Of a DNA stretch of 40,198 nt, positions 34,770 to 40,198 are shown piece by piece. A program made the translations under genes and the position numbers. Origin of the DNA: Nevskiales bacterium (GTDB taxonomy: Bacteria; Pseudomonadota; Gammaproteobacteria; Nevskiales; DATLYR01). The stretch spans positions 1 through 40,198 of the forward strand of contig JBFKCG010000001.1 of the NCBI GenBank assembly GCA_041620675.1, read 5' to 3'. The notes under the pieces are model-generated. The model saw only the letters and a list, made by a program, of their open reading frames with translations. It was not told the origin of the DNA and made no database searches. Numbering within the stretch: the first letter of the stretch is position 1; each line of letters begins with the position of its first letter.

Positions 34770-35786
34770 ATGAAGGACTCCGGGCGGCTCATCAGCTACG
34801 CACACGAGGCCATGCAGCGCGCAGGGGTGGATACCAATGCGGTTTATTTCCAGATTGGATTCAAGCCCGAATCACTGAACAAGCCCGAGCTGCGCACCCC
34901 GCACGCAGCGCAAGTGATGTTCTGGGAAGCGGTGGAATCGGTCACGGGTGATCCAGACATCGGCCTGCACATCGCGCCGTATATCCCACCGTACCGCGGT
35001 GACGTGTTCGAGTACCTGTTCATGAGCAGCCCGACTTTCCGTGAGGGCTGCACCCGGGCCATGCGCTACTCGCGACTCTTCAGTGACGCACTGATGGGCA
35101 GCCTGCAACAAAACGGGCAAGAACACTGCATTGCGCTGGCCATCACCCAGGACAAGCACCCGATCCTGCGCCATACCGAGATCTGTGTGGCATATGGCCT
35201 GATCAAGTTCCTGAAAAACGTGACTGATGGTGCCTTTCAGCCGACACGCATCAGCCTGTGTGTGGCGCAACCCGACAACCCGGCGGAGTATGCGAAAGTC
35301 TTTGGCTGCCCCGTGGACTTCAACAGCACTGAGAGCCTGGTCTACTTCGAACGCGAACTGCTTGACCGACCCTCGCCACACTCAGAACCGGAGTTGCTGC
35401 GAGTACACGAGGAACATGCCAACCGGCAGCTCGCCAAGCTGGAAAATCGTGACGTCGTGGACGAGGTCAAGCGCGTGCTCGCGCAGGGACTCGAATACCA
35501 ACGCTGTGACCTCAAGCAGGTGGCCACAGCACTCGGGCGCACGCCACGTCGCCTGCGGCAGGAACTTACTCGTGCCGGCACCAGCTTCAACCAGGTCCTC
35601 GGCGATTTCCGCTTCAACATGGCCAAGCGCCTACTGGCCGATACCGATGAGCCCATCGAGCATATTGTCTATCTCACCGGCTTTTCCGAGGTGAGCACGT
35701 TTTACCGGGCCTTTCGACGCTGGGCTGGCAAGACGCCGGTGCAGTACCGCACCGATAAGCAAAAGAGACGCAAACCCCTTGAATAA
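34770..35786 (+). CDS. AraC-family transcriptional regulator (AraC-binding-like N-domain plus HTH)
   Basis: The C-terminal part reads LKQVATALGRTPRRLRQELTRAGTSFNQVLGDFRFNMAKRLL...IEHIVYLTGFSEVSTFYRAFRRWAGKTPVQYR. Confidence 0.85.
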   Translation: MKDSGRLISYAHEAMQRAGVDTNAVYFQIGFKPESLNKPELRTPHAAQVMFWEAVESVTGDPDIGLHIAPYIPPYRGDVFEYLFMSSPTFREGCTRAMRYSRLFSDALMGSLQQNGQEHCIALAITQDKHPILRHTEICVAYGLIKFLKNVTDGAFQPTRISLCVAQPDNPAEYAKVFGCPVDFNSTESLVYFERELLDRPSPHSEPELLRVHEEHANRQLAKLENRDVVDEVKRVLAQGLEYQRCDLKQVATALGRTPRRLRQELTRAGTSFNQVLGDFRFNMAKRLLADTDEPIEHIVYLTGFSEVSTFYRAFRRWAGKTPVQYRTDKQKRRKPLE

Positions 35787-35806
35787 CGCGCAGTGAACGA
35801 GCGCAG

Positions 35807-36937
35807 TCAATCGAATACGATCACCTGTCGCACGGCCTCGCCCTTCGCGAGCCGATCAAATGCGAGATTGACCTCGTCCAGTTTCAGGGTGTGCGTGAGC
35901 AGGCGGTCCACCGGCAGGCGGCCGGCCTGGTAGAGCGCGATGAAACGCGGCAGATCACGCGAGGGCACGGCCGAACCCATGTAGGAACCCTTCACCGTGC
36001 GTTCTTCTGCGACGAGGCTGACCGCGGGCACCGAGAACATTTTCTGCGGATGCGGCAAACCGACAGTGACCGTGGTTCCGCCACGCCTCGTGGCGGCGTA
36101 GGCCTGTTGCAACACCTGCTCGCTGCCCACGGTCTCGATCGCGTAATGCGCGCCACCACCGGTCAGTTCGCGCAACTTCGCACCACAGTCCGCTTCGCTC
36201 GCCAGCAGCGTATGCGTGGCCCCCAGCGATTTCGCCAGCTCCAGCTTTGATGGTAATACATCAACCGCCACGATCGGATGGGCGCCTGAAGCGACAGCAC
36301 CCAACAAGGCCGCCAGCCCCACGCCGCCAAGACCAAAGATCGCCACGCTTTCGCCTGCGGCGACCTTGGCAGTATTCACGACGGCACCGACGCCGGTCAT
36401 GACTGCACAACCGAACAAGGCGGCAATTTCCGGTGGCAGGCTCCTGTCCACCTTCACCGCCGAACGCGCTGACACCACGGTCTGCTCGGTAAAAGCAGAC
36501 ACGCCCAGGTGATGATGCAATTCCGACTTGTCCGCGGCATGCCAGCGCCGTGCGCCACTGAGCAAGCTGCCCGCGACATTGGCTGCCGCGCCCGGCTCAC
36601 ACAGGGCGGCGCGTCCACTGGCGCAGGGGATGCAGTGTCCGCAAGTGGGCACGAAGGAAAACACCACCTGATCACCCACTTCAAATCCGGCCGTGTCCGG
36701 CCCCACTTCCACCACCTCGCCTGCCGCTTCATGTCCCAGCACCATGGGCATCACGCGTGGCCGCGAGCCATCAATTACCGACAGGTCGGAATGGCACAGG
36801 CCTGCAGCACCAACCCGCACCCGCAGTTCGCCGGGGCCGGGGCCATCGAGCTCAAGGGTTTCGATCTTCAGCGGCTGGGATTTCGCGTATGGCGCCGGCA
36901 GGCCCATCTCGCGCAGCACCGCACCCTTCACCTTCAT
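35807..36937 (-). CDS. Zinc-dependent alcohol dehydrogenase (MDR family)
   Basis: [12 protein letters not shown] and [12 protein letters not shown] supply the zinc ligands. The structural-zinc cysteines are [10 protein letters not shown], and the Rossmann motif is [12 protein letters not shown]. Confidence 0.85.
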   Translation of the reverse strand: MKVKGAVLREMGLPAPYAKSQPLKIETLELDGPGPGELRVRVGAAGLCHSDLSVIDGSRPRVMPMVLGHEAAGEVVEVGPDTAGFEVGDQVVFSFVPTCGHCIPCASGRAALCEPGAAANVAGSLLSGARRWHAADKSELHHHLGVSAFTEQTVVSARSAVKVDRSLPPEIAALFGCAVMTGVGAVVNTAKVAAGESVAIFGLGGVGLAALLGAVASGAHPIVAVDVLPSKLELAKSLGATHTLLASEADCGAKLRELTGGGAHYAIETVGSEQVLQQAYAATRRGGTTVTVGLPHPQKMFSVPAVSLVAEERTVKGSYMGSAVPSRDLPRFIALYQAGRLPVDRLLTHTLKLDEVNLAFDRLAKGEAVRQVIVFD

Positions 36938-37374
36938 GGCAGCATCTCCTTGCGCTCGACCAACAAGCGTTCCAATGCCGTGCGCAGCGAGTCCGGGATA
37001 GCCTGCGGTCGTCTACCTGCGCGATCTACGAACACATGCACGAACCAGCCCTGGGCCGCAGCCTGTGCCTCGCCTTCACGAAACAATCCGATCTCGTAAC
37101 GGACGCTGGACTTGCCGATATGCACCACGCGCAGGCCGGCCTCCACAATCTCAGGGAAGGCCAGTGGTCCCTCGAACTTGCAATGCGACTCCACGCACAG
37201 GCCGATGTTAGCGCCAGCGTGGATATCCAGCCCGCCTTCTCGAATCAGGTAGGTATTGATGACCGTGTCGAAGTAGCTGTAGTACTCAACGTTGTTGACG
37301 TGGCCATACACGTCATTGTCTTTCCAGCGCGTGGTGATGGACTGGAAATGCGGATAGCCGCTGCGTGCGCTCAC
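36934..37374 (-). CDS. Acyl-CoA thioesterase, 4HBT (YbgC-like) hotdog fold
   Basis: The motif [22 protein letters not shown] is present. Its stop overlaps the ADH start (ATGA at 36937-36934). Confidence 0.8.
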   Translation of the reverse strand: MSARSGYPHFQSITTRWKDNDVYGHVNNVEYYSYFDTVINTYLIREGGLDIHAGANIGLCVESHCKFEGPLAFPEIVEAGLRVVHIGKSSVRYEIGLFREGEAQAAAQGWFVHVFVDRAGRRPQAIPDSLRTALERLLVERKEMLP

Positions 37375-37433
37375 TGCAAAGCCCCCAAGCTGATGGCATA
37401 GGGTTCTACTCTACCGCCAAATGACCTGCGCGA

Positions 37434-38270
37434 TTAAGCTGCCTGATGCTTGGCGTACTCGGCCTTCCAGCGCTCTACGTGGTGGCGGTTGTCATGCTGC
37501 CAGGGATGGAAACCGGGCTTGAAGTAGCTCAGCCAGGGCAGTGCAATCTTGCGCAGCACGCCGGGTTTCTTGAACAGGAAGCCCATGAATGCACGCCAAC
37601 CTTTCCAGTCACGCTGCAGGCCGTCGTGCTTCATCAGCCGGTAATGGGTATAGACGGTCTGGATCACGAAACGGATGCTGGCCGACAGCATGATGGAACA
37701 GCGCAGGAAGTAGGCCTTCAGGCCGGTGCCAACAGCGGTTTGGTACACATCGAAGGCCACTGCCTTGTGCTCAGTCTCTTCAATCGCGTGCCAGCGCCAG
37801 AGTGCGGCCATCTTCGGTGGCGCATCGGCGAGAAAATCATCGTCGGACAACAAGACTTCGGCGAGGATCGCCGTGAAATGCTCCAGCGCGATGGTAGCGG
37901 CCAGCTGGCCGGAGGGTGGCAGCAGCTTGCGGCCCAGCTCGAGCTGCTTGACCGCCTTGCGCTCCAGCTCAACGGCCGGATAGCCGGCATCGGCCAGTGC
38001 CTGGTTGTAGGCGCGGTGCTCACGGCCGTGCATGGCCTCCTGCCCGATGAAGCCTTTCACTTCGGATTGCAGCTTGGGATCCGTGATCTGGTGGCGGTAA
38101 TGACGCACCGAATCAATGAAGAACTTCTCGCCTTCGGGAAAGAACAATGACAAGGCGTTCAAGTGCTGGCTAACGTGCGGACCCATCGGGTGCCAGTCCC
38201 GCAGCTGGGTGCCGGTGATCGGAAAATGAATGTCGCGCTGCTCAACCGGCAGGGGCGAGGATGACGTCAT
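37434..38270 (-). CDS. Predicted metal-dependent hydrolase family protein (two ExxH motifs)
   Basis: I trimmed the 581-aa ORF to the ATG at 38270, because the upstream part is antisense to the MerR gene. The sequence carries FFPEGEKFFIDSVRHY, GQEAMHGREH and WHAIEETEHKAVAFDVY. Confidence 0.75.
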   Translation of the reverse strand: MTSSSPLPVEQRDIHFPITGTQLRDWHPMGPHVSQHLNALSLFFPEGEKFFIDSVRHYRHQITDPKLQSEVKGFIGQEAMHGREHRAYNQALADAGYPAVELERKAVKQLELGRKLLPPSGQLAATIALEHFTAILAEVLLSDDDFLADAPPKMAALWRWHAIEETEHKAVAFDVYQTAVGTGLKAYFLRCSIMLSASIRFVIQTVYTHYRLMKHDGLQRDWKGWRAFMGFLFKKPGVLRKIALPWLSYFKPGFHPWQHDNRHHVERWKAEYAKHQAA

Positions 38271-38288
38271 TACTTCTCTCCAAAACAC

Positions 38289-38310
38289 TGTTACATCAAA
38301 TGGTGTAACA
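38289..38310. promoter_or_regulatory. Inverted repeat TGTTACA-N8-TGTAACA, candidate MerR-type operator
   Basis: The perfect 7-bp arms sit in the 84-bp divergent spacer between the hydrolase (start 38270) and the MerR regulator (start 38355), in an AT-rich context. Confidence 0.4.
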
Positions 38311-38354
38311 ATAATCTGTGGCCTGTCAAGCACCTTCCCGCTATCCTTATATAG

Positions 38355-39122
38355 ATGAATAAAGCCGACCAGGACCTGACCATTGAGGAGCTGTCTTTTC
38401 GCTCGGGCGTGACCACGCGCAATATCCGCGCTTACCAGAGTCGCGGACTGATCCCGCCACCCGCAACCCGCCTTGGCGAACGTATCGGTTATTACAGTGC
38501 CGACCATGTCGCGCGGCTGCGCCTGATCAACCGCCTGCAGGAGCGCGGCTTCTCGCTTGCCGGCATCGCTGACCTGCTGGCGGCCTGGGCCGAAGGCCGC
38601 AGCCTCGACCAGGTGCTGGGCATGGAGTCCGCGGTAATGGACAGCCGCCCCGATGACTCGGTGGTGGTGAGCGAGGCCATGCTGAAACAGTTCGCCCTGC
38701 CCGGCCTGGATCTGGACGCCACCATCCAGCGGCTGCGTGCCTTGGGCCTGCTCATTCGCGAGGGTAGTCATTACCGGCTGCGCCATCCCAGCATCCTGCA
38801 GATGGGGCTGGACGCGGCCGAGGCCGGCATTCCGCTCGATCAATTGCTGGCCGAGTTTGAGCGCGTACAGAAAGATGCGCACCGCATCGCACGTCGCTTC
38901 GTGAAACTGTATGACGCTTTCGTCTGGAAACCTTATTTGGAAGCCGGCATGCCGAGCGACCAGCTGCCCGCCTTGCTGGAGCGCATGAAACACCTGCGTC
39001 AGCTGGCAGTGGAGATCACGCAGCCATTGATGGCCGAGGCCCTGAGTGATGAGATCGAGGCCGTCGCCGGCCAGAACCTGCCAACACCGGAAACACTGCA
39101 AACTCAGGTCAAGCCGGACTGA
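38355..39122 (+). CDS. MerR-family transcriptional regulator
   Basis: The N-terminal HTH reads LTIEELSFRSGVTTRNIRAYQSRGLIPPP...YYSADHVARLRLINRLQERGFSLAGI. Confidence 0.85.
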   Translation: MNKADQDLTIEELSFRSGVTTRNIRAYQSRGLIPPPATRLGERIGYYSADHVARLRLINRLQERGFSLAGIADLLAAWAEGRSLDQVLGMESAVMDSRPDDSVVVSEAMLKQFALPGLDLDATIQRLRALGLLIREGSHYRLRHPSILQMGLDAAEAGIPLDQLLAEFERVQKDAHRIARRFVKLYDAFVWKPYLEAGMPSDQLPALLERMKHLRQLAVEITQPLMAEALSDEIEAVAGQNLPTPETLQTQVKPD

Positions 39123-39135
39123 ATCAGCAGCCGCC

Positions 39136-40065
39136 CTATTGGCCAGATACCCGGCACTGCCTGAGCGATGCCGGCTCAACCCCCGTCTCTATGCTCTCCA
39201 CGAACTCGCTGATGTAGCGCGCGAGCAATTGCGGTTGCCGATAGAGCATGTCCCAGTGACCCACGTCGACGTCACGCCGCCACAATCTTGGTGCCCATTG
39301 CCATAAGTCATCAGTGAAATATGGCCGTACGTAGTGATCCTGCCGGGGCACGATGGCGAGTACCGGCACCGATGTGTGGCGTTGCCGTGGCGAAAACAGG
39401 CGCTGGAAGATGTTGGCGCGATAGAGCTTGATGCCATGCTCACCATCACTGGCCTGCGTCGGGCTTGCTGCAATCTCGACATGCTCGATGCGGCGCATTA
39501 ACTGCGACCAGCGCCGACCAATCAGCCTGCGCCATAGCATGGGCATGAGCCAGGGCAGGTGGAACAGGTAGATGTACCAGGAATGAAATAACTGGCTGAC
39601 CAGTTGCCCCAGGTGTCGCGGACTCGGACGCCGAAGGCGCTGGCGAATCCAGTGGCCCGCATGATCCAGGCAGGGGCCGGAGAGGGTCGTATAGGAGGCG
39701 ATGCGAGGCTGCATCGATGGGTCGGTCACCGACTCCCAACTCTGGATCGAGCCCCAGTCGTGGGCCACCAGATGAAATGGCTGCCGTGGTGCCAGGCTGT
39801 CGGTGATGGCCTTGAGGTCAGCAGACAGTTGATCCAGTTTGTAATCACTGCGCTGCCTCGGGATATCCGACGCACCCGCGCCACGCACGTCATAAGTCAG
39901 GACACAATAGTCTTCGGCCAAATGCTGGACAACAGCATCCCAGATCAGTTGGTTGTCCGGATAACCGTGCACCAGCACCAGCGTAGGCCGGCCCGGGTTG
40001 TCCCACAGTCGCACCGCCAGTTCGATCGTGCCCGAACGGACGCGTAGTTCCTTCGGCAGAACCAC
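39136..40065 (-). CDS. Alpha/beta hydrolase (epoxide hydrolase / haloalkane dehalogenase-like)
   Basis: PTLVLVHGYPDN, YDVRGAGASD and the nucleophile motif LVAHDWGS are present. I prefer the GTG start at 40065. The first 24 codons of the 333-aa ORF have poor GC3 and overlap the high-GC3 end of the upstream gene. Confidence 0.75.
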   Translation of the reverse strand: MVLPKELRVRSGTIELAVRLWDNPGRPTLVLVHGYPDNQLIWDAVVQHLAEDYCVLTYDVRGAGASDIPRQRSDYKLDQLSADLKAITDSLAPRQPFHLVAHDWGSIQSWESVTDPSMQPRIASYTTLSGPCLDHAGHWIRQRLRRPSPRHLGQLVSQLFHSWYIYLFHLPWLMPMLWRRLIGRRWSQLMRRIEHVEIAASPTQASDGEHGIKLYRANIFQRLFSPRQRHTSVPVLAIVPRQDHYVRPYFTDDLWQWAPRLWRRDVDVGHWDMLYRQPQLLARYISEFVESIETGVEPASLRQCRVSGQ

Positions 40066-40066
40066 G

Positions 40067-40198
40067 CTAGAAGCGGATTTCGCTGTTCTGGATCCTCTTG
40101 AAGCCTTCGGCCGTGAGGCGCTCGTAACCCTTGTCACGATCCAGCAAGGCGTAGAGCGGCTCGCTGACCTTGGCCGGGTCGAAGGCCTCCTGCTTCAA
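40067..40198 (-). CDS. 3' end of an unidentified protein-coding gene (partial, continues beyond the right edge)
   Basis: Manual translation gives ...LKQEAFDPAKVSEPLYALLDRDKGYERLTAEGFKRIQNSEIRF, ending with TAG at 40069-40067. GC3 is high. The fragment is too short to assign a function. Confidence 0.5.
   Translation of the reverse strand: MKQEAFDPAKVSEPLYALLDRDKGYERLTAEGFKRIQNSEIRF

Noticed and set aside
38271-39179. The N-terminal 303 codons of the 581-aa minus-strand ORF (37434..39179).
   Set aside because: This part is antisense to a clear MerR-family gene (38355..39122) and has no domain signal. The hydrolase-family homology begins at the internal ATG at 38270, so I trimmed the gene there.
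40066-40137. The ATG start at 40137 for the terminal alpha/beta hydrolase, implying a 71-nt overlap with the upstream gene.
   Set aside because: The first 24 codons (MTRVTSASRPKASRGSRTAKSASS) are low in GC3, whereas the alternative frame has high GC3 and ends at TAG 40069-40067. The GTG at 40065 is the more plausible start.
1-40198. A search for mobile elements, CRISPR arrays, prophage or defence-island signatures (transposase, integrase, nuclease/ATPase pairs, repeat-spacer arrays, abrupt compositional islands).
   Set aside because: I found none. Every long ORF has either a housekeeping-type assignment or an ordinary hypothetical character. The only repeats are short inverted or direct repeats in intergenic spacers.

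Overview
This is a GC-rich, densely coding chromosomal segment with strong GC3 bias, proteobacterial in style, carrying about 46 protein genes. By eye I found no rRNA, tRNA, CRISPR array, transposase, integrase, phage gene or recognisable defence gene. Most of it is ordinary housekeeping. There is the 5' end of metH. Acyl-CoA and lipid metabolism is heavily represented: a 600-aa ACAD, an SRPBCC-ACAD-ACAD-etfBA operon with a divergent AraC regulator, an enoyl-CoA hydratase, tesB, a 4HBT thioesterase plus Zn-ADH, and several alpha/beta hydrolases. Envelope and cell-wall genes include an MltD-like transglycosylase, an Amidase_3, a 3D-domain protein and a DUF1134 protein. There are also two MFS transporters, sufT, a UDG-family protein, a rhodanese with a tandem glutaredoxin-like protein, and a MerR regulator paired with a metal-dependent hydrolase. 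What stands out is a set of signalling modules that look catalytically dead or orphaned. (1) Two paralogous stand-alone GGDEF proteins have RDHEF/RDHNF in place of GGDEF but keep a correctly spaced RxxD I-site, and they bracket a translationally coupled small secreted protein (731-2354). (2) Two tandem paralogous proteins consist only of two receiver domains each, with stepwise loss of phospho-acceptor residues and no kinase or output domain nearby (27018-29352). (3) A polytopic-membrane class III nucleotidyl cyclase starts 10 nt after a large ACAD. I consider (1) and (2) the best candidates for undescribed biology, but both rest on motif reading only. I see no evidence for a complete novel multi-gene system such as a defence island. 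All calls come from manual inspection of the ORF translations and the DNA; no searches were run.
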